This document shows positions 18,370 through 30,626 of a DNA stretch of 53,207 bases, piece by piece. The position numbers were made by a program, and so were the translations under genes. The notes beneath the pieces were generated by a model. That model saw only the letters and a list, made by a program, of their open reading frames with translations. It was not told where the DNA came from and searched no databases. Position 1 is the stretch's first letter. Each line of letters opens with the position of its first letter. This DNA is from Steroidobacteraceae bacterium (GTDB taxonomy: Bacteria > Pseudomonadota > Gammaproteobacteria > Steroidobacterales > Steroidobacteraceae): positions 1 to 53,207 of the forward strand of contig DASPTE010000074.1 of the NCBI GenBank assembly GCA_035623585.1. The letters run 5' to 3'.

Positions 18370-18978
18370 ATGAAGCTCTATTATCTGACCGGTGCCTGTT
18401 CGCTAGCTTCGAACATTGCGCTGCGCGAAGCGGGACTCAAATTCGAGCTCGTAAAGGTGGACCTCAAGACCAAGAAAGCGAGCGATGGGCTCGATTTTCT
18501 CGAAGTGAACCCCAAGGGCTATGTCCCTGCCCTCACGCTCGATAGTGGCGAGACGCTGACCGAAAACGTCGCGGTGCTGCAGTACGTTGCCGATCGCAAC
18601 CCCGCAGCCAAACTCGCGCCCGCCGCGGGCACCATGGAGCGCTACCGCCTTATCGAGTGGCTGAGCTTCATCAACTCCGAAATACACAAGAATTTCTCGC
18701 CGCTCTTTCGCGCCGACGCGCCCGAGGACATGAAGAACTTCGTGCGCACCAACCTCGCCAACCGACTCAACTACCTCGAGAGCGCGCTCGGGACGAAGAG
18801 CTACCTCATGGGCGAGCAGTTCACCATCGCCGATCCTTACCTCTTCACGGTGCTCGGCTGGGGCAAGCATTTGGGCGTCGACATCGGCAAGTGGCCAAAC
18901 CTGCAGCGCCTCTGCGACCGCGTCGGGGCGCGGCCGCACGTCATCGAGGCGTTGAAGTCTGAGGGTCTGCTGAAATAA
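18370..18978 (+). CDS. glutathione S-transferase (GstA/beta-class-like)
   Basis: MKLYYLTGACSLASNIALREAGL... with the typical beta-class catalytic Cys. GGAGAAGGAG RBS upstream of the ATG at 18370. Confidence 0.85.
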   Translation: MKLYYLTGACSLASNIALREAGLKFELVKVDLKTKKASDGLDFLEVNPKGYVPALTLDSGETLTENVAVLQYVADRNPAAKLAPAAGTMERYRLIEWLSFINSEIHKNFSPLFRADAPEDMKNFVRTNLANRLNYLESALGTKSYLMGEQFTIADPYLFTVLGWGKHLGVDIGKWPNLQRLCDRVGARPHVIEALKSEGLLK

Positions 18979-19070
18979 CGCCCCGCCTTCGCCCAAACGT
19001 GCCGCGCGCGAGCGATCGGCCGTTTACTGCTACCATCCGCAACACGGCGCTTTGCATGTGAGGGGACGTA

Positions 19071-19271
19071 ATGGCTACCAAGCTCAACAAACAGCTCAAG
19101 CGCGAGATCGACGTGGACGGCAAGCCCTATATGGTCACGCTCTCGCCCGAGGGACTTAAACTCACCGAGAAGGGAAAGCGGCTCGGCAAGGAACTCACCT
19201 GGAAGGATCTGGTCACCGGCGACACCGCTCTGGCGGCGGCGCTGCAGGGCTCGGTAGGGGGCGGGAGTTAG
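19071..19271 (+). CDS. hypothetical small protein (66 aa)
   Basis: GAGGGGA RBS and high GC3 codon pattern. No family recognised. Confidence 0.5.
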   Translation: MATKLNKQLKREIDVDGKPYMVTLSPEGLKLTEKGKRLGKELTWKDLVTGDTALAAALQGSVGGGS

Positions 19272-19279
19272 GTTGCGCG

Positions 19280-19564
19280 ATGCCTGAAGAGAGCCTGCGC
19301 GAGTTGCTTGCTCGGCTACATGAGCGATTGAGCGCGAGCACTTCAATCGACGCGGAGTCGCGCAAGCTCCTCGGCACGCTCACGCGCGACATCGAACGGG
19401 CGCTCGCTTCCGGCGAGGGCACCGTGGAGCGGGCCGACAAACTCGCCGCAGCCGAGCACACACCGAGGCTCGAGGCGTTCGCGGTGCAGTTCGAAGCCGA
19501 GCACCCGGCCGTCGCCGAGACCTTGCGCGAGGTGATCGACGCACTCGGCAAGGCCGGCATCTAG
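19280..19564 (+). CDS. DUF4404 family protein
   Basis: 94 aa with the helical pattern LRELLARLHERL ... FEAEHPAVAETLREVIDALGKAGI, typical of DUF4404 as I recall it. Confidence 0.6.
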   Translation: MPEESLRELLARLHERLSASTSIDAESRKLLGTLTRDIERALASGEGTVERADKLAAAEHTPRLEAFAVQFEAEHPAVAETLREVIDALGKAGI

Positions 19565-19579
19565 AGCCTGAAAGCACAA

Positions 19580-19618
19580 GGGCCCGGCGTTGTTGCCAAC
19601 GCCGGGCCCTCGGTTTTT
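19580..19618. terminator. bidirectional intrinsic terminator between the DUF4404 gene and rpoD
   Basis: 12-bp perfect stem GGGCCCGGCGTT / AACGCCGGGCCC with a 6-nt loop, followed by TCGGTTTTT on the plus strand. Confidence 0.7.
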
Positions 19619-19642
19619 CACTCGTGCGCTGCGCTCGCGCCG

Positions 19643-21775
<2,133 letters not shown>

Positions 21776-21894
21776 ATGTCAGCGGTGAAAGGAGTTGCTA
21801 ACCCCTATGTGCTGCTGCGGCTGGGCGGCACAAGGGGCGCCTAAGGCAAAGCCCGCAATAATATTTCAGGCAGTGTCAATCCACCAAATCCAAG

Positions 21895-23694
21895 TTAACC
21901 GCCGCGGGCCTCACGGTGGCCAAGTCTGTTGATAAGTCTCTGAAATTCCTCAAATTCGCCCGGTGCCAGGCCACCGGCGCGGCTCTTGGCCTCAAGCGCC
22001 TCGAGCCGCCGTCCGGCCGCCTGGTCGGCGAGCTTCACGAGCGCCGCCCGCAGCTCCCCCGCAGCCTGCGGCGCATCGGTAATGACCTCCTCGCGCTCGA
22101 GGAGTTTCTGCAGCGAGTCACTTCCTTCGCGTCCCGACCAGCGCTGGATCAGCTGCGCGGGGAGTTCGGCCGGCTGCTCGCGCAAGTTGTCGAGGATCTC
22201 GCGCAGCAGCTCGACACCGGGCTCCTCGCTCGCATCGAGCCCGGCGCGCTCGGTGGCGCTCACTTCCCCGGCGATCCCCGGGTAGTGCAGGAGCCGCACG
22301 ATCGCCTGGCGCACGAGACTTCCGCGTCCGGCGCCAGCGCCCCCGCGCGGCGCCGCGCGCCGTACGGGCGTTGCGGGGACCATGGCTGCACGACCTGGGT
22401 TCCAAAGCTCCTCGAGCCGCTGCGGCGCGAGGCCGACCACCTGCGCGAGCCGCTCGAGGAGGAGTTCGCGGTAGACGCCTTCTGGCACCTTGGCGAAGAG
22501 CGGCCGCGCACTTTCCGCAAAGCGCGCCCGGCCATCGGCATGCCCGAGCTCGCTCTGCTCTGAGAGCTCGCGCACGAGATACTCCGAGAGCGGTACCGCA
22601 CTCTTTAGGCGCTCTTCGAAAGCCGTGCGGCCCTCGGCGCCGACGAGTGTGTCGGGGTCATGTCCCTCGGGGAGGAACAGGAAACGGATCTCGCGCCCCT
22701 CGCGCGCTTCAGGCAGCGCCTGCAAGAGCGCGCGCCAGGCGGCGGCGCGGCCCGCGCGATCGCCGTCGAAGGCGAAGGTCACCGCGGGCACGAGCCGGAA
22801 GATGCGCCGGAAGTGCTCGGCGGTGGTCGCCGTGCCGAGCGTCGCGACCGCGTAATCCACCCCCGACTGATGCAGCCGCACGGTGTCCATGTAGCCCTCG
22901 ACGATCAGAAGTTGCCGCAGGTTTGGATGGGCGCGGCGCGTCTCCCAGAGTCCGTAGAGCTCGCGACCCTTATGAAAGAGCACCGTCTCGGGTGAGTTGA
23001 GGTACTTCGGCTCGCCTGTCGCGATGATCCGTCCGCCAAACGCTATGACCCGGCCGCGCGCGTCGCGTATCGGAAACATGATGCGATCGCGGAAGCGGTC
23101 GTAATAACGCTCGCCATCGCGCAGCGGGCCGCGCTCGCGCTCGATGATGAGCCCGCCGTCCGCGAGACGCTTGCGCTCGGTGTCACCGCCGCCAAAGTGC
23201 CGCAGGAGTTCGTTCCAGGAGTTCGGCGCATAGCCGAGACCGAAGCGCTCGATCGTCTCCACCGTGAGACCGCGCCCTAAGAGGTAGTCGCGCGCGCGCG
23301 CTTCGCGCAGGAGGTTTTCGGAATAAAAGCGCGCCACCTGCGCCATCAGCGTGTAGAGCGGCTCGTCGCCGCGCCGCGCGGCTGACTCGCCTCCGCCCTC
23401 ATGGGGGACTTCGAGGCCGAGTCGGGTCGCGAGCTCCTCCACCGCCTCCGGAAAGGCGAGGTGATCGTAGTCCATGAGGAAGCCGATCACCGTGCCGTGT
23501 TTGCCGCAGCCGAAGCAGTGATAGAACTGCTTGTCGGGGCTCACCCAGAAGGAGGGCGTCTTCTCGTTGTGGAAGGGGCAGCAGGCTTTGTATTCGCGGC
23601 CCGCCTTCTTGAGCTGCACGCGGGCGCCGATCACTTCGACGATATCGGCACGCGCGATGAGCTCGTCGATGAAGTGCTGTGGAATGCGTGCCAA
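21895..23694 (-). CDS. dnaG: DNA primase
   Basis: Zinc-ribbon CPFHNEKTPSFWVSPDKQFYHCFGCGKHG and a TOPRIM region (IVEGYMD). Confidence 0.95.
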   Translation of the reverse strand: MARIPQHFIDELIARADIVEVIGARVQLKKAGREYKACCPFHNEKTPSFWVSPDKQFYHCFGCGKHGTVIGFLMDYDHLAFPEAVEELATRLGLEVPHEGGGESAARRGDEPLYTLMAQVARFYSENLLREARARDYLLGRGLTVETIERFGLGYAPNSWNELLRHFGGGDTERKRLADGGLIIERERGPLRDGERYYDRFRDRIMFPIRDARGRVIAFGGRIIATGEPKYLNSPETVLFHKGRELYGLWETRRAHPNLRQLLIVEGYMDTVRLHQSGVDYAVATLGTATTAEHFRRIFRLVPAVTFAFDGDRAGRAAAWRALLQALPEAREGREIRFLFLPEGHDPDTLVGAEGRTAFEERLKSAVPLSEYLVRELSEQSELGHADGRARFAESARPLFAKVPEGVYRELLLERLAQVVGLAPQRLEELWNPGRAAMVPATPVRRAAPRGGAGAGRGSLVRQAIVRLLHYPGIAGEVSATERAGLDASEEPGVELLREILDNLREQPAELPAQLIQRWSGREGSDSLQKLLEREEVITDAPQAAGELRAALVKLADQAAGRRLEALEAKSRAGGLAPGEFEEFQRLINRLGHREARGG

Positions 23695-23765
23695 GTGCCG
23701 ACCGCCCTATGTGAGCGAAGTCCCGGGAGCCGCTGTGAAAGGAGCGCGCCCCCGATTGCCGCAAA

Positions 23766-24209
23766 TCAACCGAGCTTCTGCTTCACCCGTGCGCTGAGCG
23801 CGCCCATGTCCGCGCGGCCCTGCGCCTTTGGCTTCACGACCGCCATCACCTTGCCCATGTCCCTGACAGAGCTCGCGCCGCTCGCCTTGATCGCATCCGC
23901 GATGAGCGTATCGATCTCGGCATCGCTGAGGGGCGCCGGCAGGTAATCCTGCAGCACCCCGATCTCGGCCGTCTCCTTCGCCACGAGATCGGCGCGACCG
24001 CCACTTTGAAACTGCGTAATCGCCTCGCGCCGCTGCTTGATCATCTTTTCGAGGACCGCGAGCACCTGGGCGTCATCGAGCGTGATGCGCTCGTCGACCT
24101 CGCGCTGCTTGATCGCAGCGAGTGCGAGACGAATCGTCCCGAGCCGCTCCTTCTGGCCGGCCCGCATCGCATTCTTCATGTCTTCGGTGATGCGTTCCTT
24201 GAGCGCCAT
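23766..24209 (-). CDS. GatB/YqeY domain-containing protein
   Basis: MALKERITEDMKNAMRAGQKERL... typical YqeY, in the conserved position between rpsU and dnaG. Confidence 0.85.
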   Translation of the reverse strand: MALKERITEDMKNAMRAGQKERLGTIRLALAAIKQREVDERITLDDAQVLAVLEKMIKQRREAITQFQSGGRADLVAKETAEIGVLQDYLPAPLSDAEIDTLIADAIKASGASSVRDMGKVMAVVKPKAQGRADMGALSARVKQKLG

Positions 24210-24226
24210 GGCCGTGCGCGGCGCTC

Positions 24227-24436
24227 CTAGCGGGAGCTGCGCATGCCGTCGCGCGAGATGCGCTTCATGTGGCGCTTGATGGCCGCCGCCTTTTTGCGCT
24301 TGCGCTCTTGGGTTGGCTTTTCGTAGAACTCGCGCCGGCGCAGCTCGGTGAGAATGCCCGCCTTCTCGCAGGCGCGTTTGAAGCGCCGCAGGGCGGCATC
24401 GAAATACTCGTTCTCACGTACACGAACGCTCGGCAT
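24227..24436 (-). CDS. rpsU: 30S ribosomal protein S21
   Basis: [28 protein letters not shown]... is a near-canonical S21 sequence. Confidence 0.95.
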   Translation of the reverse strand: MPSVRVRENEYFDAALRRFKRACEKAGILTELRRREFYEKPTQERKRKKAAAIKRHMKRISRDGMRSSR

Positions 24437-24569
24437 CGAATCCTCAAGTCATTGATCGGACTGGTGATCTCGTCCGGCCCCGAACTGCATCGGTCCGGAC
24501 CCGCACGGGGGCGGGGGATTCTAAAGGAGCGCCGGGGCAAAGGCAAAAAAAGCCCTACAATTTTTGCCC

Positions 24570-25589
24570 ATGCGTGTGCTTGCGGTGGAGTCTTCGTGCG
24601 ATGAGAGCGCCGTTGCGGTCTTCGATAGCGCAACCGGCCTGCTCGCGCACGAGCTCTTCAGCCAGGTGGAGCTGCATCAGGGGTTCGGCGGCGTCGTCCC
24701 TGAGCTCGCCTCGCGCGATCACGTGCGGCGGCTGCTCCCGCTCATAAAGCGTGCGCTCGCCGAGTCCCATAGCGAGCCGCGCGCTATCGACGGACTCGCC
24801 TACACCGCCGGCCCGGGGCTCATCGGCGCACTCCTCACGGGCGCATCGCTCGCGCGTAGCCTCGCCTACGCCTGGAACGTTCCGGCCATCGGCGTGCATC
24901 ACCTCGAAGCACACCTCCTCGCACCGCTCCTTGAGAGCGAGCCCCCGCCCTTCCCGCATGTCGCGCTTTTGGTCTCAGGCGGGCACACCCTCCTCGTCGA
25001 AGTGTCCGCGGTCGGCCGCTACCGCATTCTCGGGGCGAGCCGCGATGATGCCGCGGGCGAGGCGTTCGATAAGAGCGCACGGCTTCTCGGACTTCCCTAT
25101 CCCGGCGGCCCGCAACTCGCCGCGCTCGCGACCAGGGGCAAGGCTGGCGCGGTCGCCTTCCCGCGCCCGATGCTCGATCGCCCCGGACTCGAGTTCAGCT
25201 TCTCGGGACTCAAGACCGCGGTCCTACTGGCGGTGCGGGGCCGTGTGCTCACCGAGCAGGAGCGGGCGGACATCGCCCGCGGCGTCGAGGAGGCGATCGT
25301 CGAGACCCTCACCGCGAAGGCGCTGCGCGCACTTGATGAGACAGGGCTCGATGCGCTCGTCGTCTCGGGTGGAGTGAGCGCGAATCAGACGCTGCGTGCG
25401 CGCCTCACGGCCGTGGTCGGCGCGCATCACGCCCGCGTGTACTATCCGCGCATCGAATTCTCCACGGACAACGCGGCCATGATCGCCTTAGCGGGACTCA
25501 AGCGCCTTGAGGCCGGCGAGCACGAGGGACTTGCGATCGCGGCGCGCGCCCAGTGGCCGCTCGAAGCGCTGCCCGCGGTGGGCGCGTGA
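24570..25589 (+). CDS. tsaD: tRNA N6-adenosine threonylcarbamoyltransferase
   Basis: [17 protein letters not shown] and GVHHLEAHL motifs. Divergent from rpsU, as in many proteobacteria. Confidence 0.9.
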   Translation: MRVLAVESSCDESAVAVFDSATGLLAHELFSQVELHQGFGGVVPELASRDHVRRLLPLIKRALAESHSEPRAIDGLAYTAGPGLIGALLTGASLARSLAYAWNVPAIGVHHLEAHLLAPLLESEPPPFPHVALLVSGGHTLLVEVSAVGRYRILGASRDDAAGEAFDKSARLLGLPYPGGPQLAALATRGKAGAVAFPRPMLDRPGLEFSFSGLKTAVLLAVRGRVLTEQERADIARGVEEAIVETLTAKALRALDETGLDALVVSGGVSANQTLRARLTAVVGAHHARVYYPRIEFSTDNAAMIALAGLKRLEAGEHEGLAIAARAQWPLEALPAVGA

Positions 25590-25617
25590 GCCGGTCCCCG
25601 CGGCAGAGCAAGCAAAC

Positions 25618-26016
25618 ATGAGCGACCCCCGATCGAGCGGCGACCGGATCTTTCTGCACGGGCTCACCACCGAGTGCGTCATCGGCTTCATCGACTGGGA
25701 ACGGCGCGTGAAGCAGACCGTGGTTCTCGACATCGAGCTGCCGGTTGACTGCCGGCGCGCCGCGCGCAGCGACGAAGTCGCCGATACCCTCGATTACAAG
25801 CAAGTCGCAAAGCGCGTACTCGCGTTCATCGAGGCCACCGAGTTCAAACTGGTCGAGACGCTCGCCGAGCGGGTCGCGTTGCTCGTGCTCGCGGAATTCC
25901 CCGTGGAATGGGTACGCATCGCTCTCAATAAACCTGGCGCGATCCGCAACTCCCGCGACGTTGGGGTTGTGATCGAGCGCACCCGCGCGGACCTGCCGGC
26001 TCCAGGGTCCGGGTAA
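25618..26016 (+). CDS. folB: dihydroneopterin aldolase
   Basis: DRIFLHGLTTECVIGFIDWERRVKQTVVLDIEL and DYKQVAKRV patterns. Start trimmed to ATG 25618, after the tsaD stop. Confidence 0.85.
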   Translation: MSDPRSSGDRIFLHGLTTECVIGFIDWERRVKQTVVLDIELPVDCRRAARSDEVADTLDYKQVAKRVLAFIEATEFKLVETLAERVALLVLAEFPVEWVRIALNKPGAIRNSRDVGVVIERTRADLPAPGSG

Positions 26017-26021
26017 CACCG

Positions 26022-26504
26022 GTGCCCGAGGTGTATGTCGCCGCAGGCAGCAATGTCGCGCCCGAGCGCAATCTCGCGCGGGCCGTCGGAGAACTTACGA
26101 ACGAGTTCGCCGGCGCGCGCTTTTCGCCCTGGTACCGCAATCGCGCGGTAGGGTTCGAAGGCGAGGACTTCATCAACCTCGTCGCGGGATTTTCGACGGC
26201 GTTGCCCGTGCGCGAGGTGCTCGCGCGATTGCACCGGATCGAGGAACGCTGCGGTCGCGCGCGCGCGGCGCCACGCTGGGCTCCGCGCGAGATGGATCTC
26301 GATGTGCTCCTCTACGGCGCTCTCGTGCTCGATGAGCCGGGCCTCAAACTACCGCGCCCCGACCTCCTCAAACGCGCCTACATGCTCGGGCCCCTCGCTG
26401 CACTCGCCCCGGACGTGACGCATCCCACCGCACACGAGACGATCGGCGAGCTCTGGCGGCGCTTCGACCAGGTGAGCCACCCCCTCGTCGAGCTCCGCCG
26501 CTGA
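26022..26504 (+). CDS. folK: 2-amino-4-hydroxy-6-hydroxymethyldihydropteridine diphosphokinase
   Basis: VYVAAGSN..PE, RWAPREMDLDVLLYG and LPRPDLLKRAYMLGPLA are HPPK motifs. It immediately follows folB. Confidence 0.85.
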   Translation: MPEVYVAAGSNVAPERNLARAVGELTNEFAGARFSPWYRNRAVGFEGEDFINLVAGFSTALPVREVLARLHRIEERCGRARAAPRWAPREMDLDVLLYGALVLDEPGLKLPRPDLLKRAYMLGPLAALAPDVTHPTAHETIGELWRRFDQVSHPLVELRR

Positions 26505-26516
26505 GGGAGGCGCGTG

Positions 26517-27305
26517 TCACCAACCGATGCTGCGGCCGCCATCGACCGCGAGAATCTGCCCGGTTACGTAGGGCGCATCGGTGGCGAAGAAGAGGCAGGC
26601 GCGCGCCACATCTTCGGCAGACCCGGGACGCTTGAGCGCAGTGCGCTGCGTGATCTTCTCCTGGAGCGCGGAGTCGAGTCCGTCCTCGGGCCACATCACA
26701 GGGCCCGGCGCCACGGCATTCACGCGCACGTGTGGACCCATCTCGCGCGCGAGGGACTTCGTGAGCATGATGACGCCGGCCTTGGCGACCGAGTAGACGG
26801 GGAAGCGGCGCAGCGGGCGCATGCCATGGATGTCGGCGAGATTGATGATGAGACCGCGCCGTTCATGGAGCGCGGAGGCCGCAGCCTGCGCGAGGAAGAG
26901 CGGCACCTTGAGGTTCGTCCCGATGAGATCGTCCCAGTCGATCTCGGTAACGTCACCGAGGGGGGTCGGATAGAAGGTAGAAGCGTTGTTGACGAGGATG
27001 TCGAGCGCGCCGAAGGCGCGGGTGGCGCGGGCGATGAGCGACGGCAACTGCGCGATGTCGAGGAGATCGCACTCGGCGCACACCGCGGAGTTCGCGCGCA
27101 CACCATTCAATTCGCGCTCGAGAGCAGCGGCATCCTCCGCGGAACTGCGGTAGTGCAGTACCAGATTGGCGCCGGCGCGGTGCAACGCGCGGGCGATCGT
27201 CGCGCCGACGCGGCGCGCGGCGCCCGTGACGAGCGCCGTCTTCCCCTCGAGCGTCACTCCGGCGGCGGAGGGCTGCGGGATCGATGCCGGTGTCTTACGC
27301 GCCAT
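26517..27305 (-). CDS. SDR family oxidoreductase, pteridine reductase / FolM-like
   Basis: TALVTGAARRVG Rossmann motif, YSVAKAG catalytic YxxxK, and a position beside the folate genes. Confidence 0.7.
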   Translation of the reverse strand: MARKTPASIPQPSAAGVTLEGKTALVTGAARRVGATIARALHRAGANLVLHYRSSAEDAAALERELNGVRANSAVCAECDLLDIAQLPSLIARATRAFGALDILVNNASTFYPTPLGDVTEIDWDDLIGTNLKVPLFLAQAAASALHERRGLIINLADIHGMRPLRRFPVYSVAKAGVIMLTKSLAREMGPHVRVNAVAPGPVMWPEDGLDSALQEKITQRTALKRPGSAEDVARACLFFATDAPYVTGQILAVDGGRSIGW

Positions 27306-27316
27306 GGGCTGCGATT

Positions 27317-28516
27317 ATGACTGCATCGGGGCCGCGCTCAATCCTGCCACCGCTCTCGGACGCGCAAGCCGAGCACTCCCGGGCGGTACGCGCGCTCATC
27401 GGCGCCGAGCTCGATGCGCGCGGTGGCTGGCTTTCCTTCGAGCGTTTCATGGATCTCGCCCTCTACGCTCCGACCCTCGGCTACTACAGCGCCGGGAGCA
27501 CGAAGCTCGGTGCGGCGGGCGATTTCATCACGGCTCCCGAAATCTCAACTCTCTTTAGCCGCTGCCTTGCGGCGCAGTGCGCCGAGATTCTCGCGGCGAC
27601 GGGCGGGGAGATTCTCGAGCTCGGCGCGGGTAGCGGCCGTATGGCGCGGGACATCCTGAGGACGCTCGAGGAGCTCAAAGTACTGCCCGAACGCTACGCG
27701 ATCCTGGAAGTGAGCGCAGAGCTCGCCGAGCGTCAGCGGGAGAAGCTCGCCAACCTTCCGGACTCGCTGCGCAAGCGCGTCGTATGGCTCGAGCGGCTGC
27801 CCGAGCGCCCCATGACCGGCGTGATGCTCGCGAACGAGGTCGCGGATGCGCTGCCCTGCCGGCGCTTCCTCTGGCAGTGGGGTGCGGCACTCGAGTTGGG
27901 AGTGGTGCGCGGCGCAGCCGAGGTAGGCGAACCTGACACATTCCGCGCCGAGGCGAGAGCGGCCGATCCGGATTTCGCGCAGCTCTGCACCACGCTCACT
28001 GCCGAGTTGCCCGAGCCGCTCCCCGACGGCTACGAGTCTGAGGTGTGTCCGCGGCTCGATGCCTGGATCGCAACGCTCGGCGAAACCTTGGGGCGCGGCG
28101 CGCTCCTTCTGACCGACTACGGGCTGCCGCGGCGGCACTACTACCACCCTCAACGCGACCGCGGCACGCTGCGCTGTCATTTCCGGCATCTCGCACACGA
28201 TGACCCCTACATCAATATCGGCGTGCAGGACATCAGCGCGTGGGTCGACTTCACGCGCGCCGCCGAAGCCGCTCTCGATGCAGGGCTCGCCGTGCAGGGC
28301 TTCACTACCCAGGCGGCGTTTCTTCTCAGTACGGGTCTTGCGAGCGCTGTATCCGAGGGAGCCGACGAAAAGAAGCGTGTGCGCCTTGCAGGCGAGGCAC
28401 GCCGTCTCCTCATGCCCTCCGAGATGGGCGAGTCGTTCAAGGTGATGGCCCTCACACGCGGACTCGCTGAGCCGCTCAGGGGCTTCGCGGTTCTTGACTT
28501 GCGTCACCTGCTTTGA
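27317..28516 (+). CDS. class I SAM-dependent methyltransferase (COG1565 / NDUFAF7-like)
   Basis: FERFMDLALYAPTLGYYS, DFITAPEIS and ILELGAGSGRMARD motifs. Start set at ATG 27317 to avoid overlapping the divergent SDR start. Confidence 0.75.
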   Translation: MTASGPRSILPPLSDAQAEHSRAVRALIGAELDARGGWLSFERFMDLALYAPTLGYYSAGSTKLGAAGDFITAPEISTLFSRCLAAQCAEILAATGGEILELGAGSGRMARDILRTLEELKVLPERYAILEVSAELAERQREKLANLPDSLRKRVVWLERLPERPMTGVMLANEVADALPCRRFLWQWGAALELGVVRGAAEVGEPDTFRAEARAADPDFAQLCTTLTAELPEPLPDGYESEVCPRLDAWIATLGETLGRGALLLTDYGLPRRHYYHPQRDRGTLRCHFRHLAHDDPYINIGVQDISAWVDFTRAAEAALDAGLAVQGFTTQAAFLLSTGLASAVSEGADEKKRVRLAGEARRLLMPSEMGESFKVMALTRGLAEPLRGFAVLDLRHLL

Positions 28517-28591
28517 ATGCGCGCGCCGCCGGGCGGCGCGGGCGGTTAAGATGGCGCCCCGCGAGTTTCAGCTACCAACGAGGATCGTTCA

Positions 28592-29386
28592 GTGTCCGAC
28601 ACCCTCAGCACCGTGATCCTCGGCATCGTCGAGGGCGTCACCGAATTCCTGCCGATCTCGAGCACCGGGCATCTGCTGATCGCCGAACGCTGGCTCGGGG
28701 GGCGTTCGGAGCTCTTCAACGTCGCCATACAGGCCGGCGCCATCCTCGCGCTGGTGCTCGTTTACTGGCGGCGCCTCGTCAATCTCCTGACACGCTTCGA
28801 TGAGCCTGAGAACCGCGACTACCTCATGAAACTCACGGTCGCGTTTCTTATCACCGCCTCGGGCGCCTTTCTCGCCACCCGACTTGGCTGGAAGCTTCCC
28901 GAGAGCGTGCTGCCGATTGCACTCGCCACCCTGATCGGCGGGGTGTTGATTCTTCTCATCGAATGGTACATCTCAGGGAAGCCCCTGAGCTCCACGGTCA
29001 CATGGAAAGTCGCTTTCTGGGTCGGGAGCTGCCAGATCCTGGCCGCCGTCTTTCCCGGCACATCGCGCTCGGCTGCTACGATTTTTGCGGCGATGCTCGC
29101 CGGGCTCACGCTGCGGCCCGCCGCGACCGAATTCGCCTTCCTCGTCGGCATCCCAACGATGTTCGCCGCGACCGGTTATGAGCTCATAAAGGCGCACGCC
29201 GGCCGCGCGAACGAGGACTGGCAGGCGCTCGCGCTCGGTTTTATCGTGTCGACGATCGTTGCCTTCGTCGTGGTCAAGTGGCTGCTGCGGTACGTGCAGT
29301 CGCATCGCTTCACGATCTTCGCCTGGTATCGGATCATCGTCGGGTCGGCGCTGCTCGTGCTCGTGATGACGGGCGCGATGCGCTGA
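28592..29386 (+). CDS. uppP: undecaprenyl-diphosphate phosphatase
   Basis: GIVEGVTEFLPISSTGHL and PGTSRSAATI motifs; multi-pass membrane protein. Confidence 0.9.
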   Translation: MSDTLSTVILGIVEGVTEFLPISSTGHLLIAERWLGGRSELFNVAIQAGAILALVLVYWRRLVNLLTRFDEPENRDYLMKLTVAFLITASGAFLATRLGWKLPESVLPIALATLIGGVLILLIEWYISGKPLSSTVTWKVAFWVGSCQILAAVFPGTSRSAATIFAAMLAGLTLRPAATEFAFLVGIPTMFAATGYELIKAHAGRANEDWQALALGFIVSTIVAFVVVKWLLRYVQSHRFTIFAWYRIIVGSALLVLVMTGAMR

Positions 29387-29402
29387 ACGCGCGTCGAGGA
29401 CG

Positions 29403-30626
29403 TCAGGCCTTTGCTTTTAGCGCGGTGATCGCCGCAAGACGCCCGCGACGCACCTTGGCGCCGATGGCAGGGCCTTCGAGGCCTTCGCGCTCCTCCGGGC
29501 TGAGCGCTACGGCGGAGGCGGCGGCGAGCGCAACTTTCAGATAATCGGCCTGAGGATAGGGGACCCTCTCGCGCCCCGTGCGGCCGCGTGCATCCGCTTC
29601 GCAGGCGAGGAGGAGTTCGGTGAAGCGCTCGGGGCGGCGGAAGGCGTCGCAATCCTCGAGCAGCCCGAGGACCGTCGCCGGCTTGAGTTCCGCTGCCCGA
29701 TGCACGAGGGTGTGTTGGCGCGCGGCGAGGATGGCGAGTTCGCGGCAGGAGTTCGGTACCTTGAGGCGCGCCGACAGGGCCTCGATGAGCGGCACTCCCG
29801 CGTTTTCGTGCCCATGATGGCTCGGCCAGCGATCGGGAGGCGTGCGCGCCTTGCCGAGATCGTGGGTGAGCGCGGCAAAACGCACTGCGAGCGAGCCGCC
29901 AAGATCAGCCGCGCAGCGCAGCGCCAGCAGGGCGTGCACGCCGGTGTCGATCTCGGGGTGCCAGCGCGGCGGTTGCGGTACGCCGAAAAGCGCGTCGATC
30001 TCGGGGAAGAGGACGGCGAGCGCACCGCACTCGCGCAGGGTTTGGAAAAACACCTCGGGTCGCTTCTCGCCAAGTGCCCGCTCGGTCTCCTGCCACACTC
30101 GCTCGGGCACGAGCGCATTCACTTCGCCCGCCGCCACCATGCGCCGCATGAGCTCGAGAGTGGGCTCGGCGACACCAAAGCCGAGGTCCGCAAAGCGGGC
30201 CGCGAAGCGCGCGACGCGCAGGATGCGCACGGGATCTTCGACGAAGGCTTCCGATACGTGCCGCAGGACGTGTGCGGCGAGATCCGCCTGTCCGCCGTAG
30301 GGGTCAACGAGCTCGCCGTTCTCGCTCTCCGCCATGGCGTTGATCGTGAGATCGCGCCGCCTTAGATCATCCTCGAGCGTTACATCGGGCGAGAACTGTG
30401 TCGTGAAGCCGCGATAGCCCGGCGCGACTTTGCGCTCGAGCCGCGCGAGTGCGTACTCCTCGTGCGTCTTCGGGTGCAGGAAGACCGGGAATTCGCGTCC
30501 CACGCTCTTGTAGCCGGCCCGCTCGAGCTCCTCCGGTGTTGCACCAACCACGACCCAGTCACGTTCGTGCACCGGAAGTCCAAGCAGTCGGTCTCGTACC
30601 GCACCGCCGACCAAGTAGACTCGCAT
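29403..30626 (-). CDS. cca: multifunctional CCA-adding tRNA nucleotidyltransferase (with HD domain)
   Basis: [16 protein letters not shown]...ERDWVVVG N-terminus and an HD-domain region (THDLGK). Start trimmed to MRVYLVGG. Confidence 0.9.
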   Translation of the reverse strand: MRVYLVGGAVRDRLLGLPVHERDWVVVGATPEELERAGYKSVGREFPVFLHPKTHEEYALARLERKVAPGYRGFTTQFSPDVTLEDDLRRRDLTINAMAESENGELVDPYGGQADLAAHVLRHVSEAFVEDPVRILRVARFAARFADLGFGVAEPTLELMRRMVAAGEVNALVPERVWQETERALGEKRPEVFFQTLRECGALAVLFPEIDALFGVPQPPRWHPEIDTGVHALLALRCAADLGGSLAVRFAALTHDLGKARTPPDRWPSHHGHENAGVPLIEALSARLKVPNSCRELAILAARQHTLVHRAAELKPATVLGLLEDCDAFRRPERFTELLLACEADARGRTGRERVPYPQADYLKVALAAASAVALSPEEREGLEGPAIGAKVRRGRLAAITALKAKA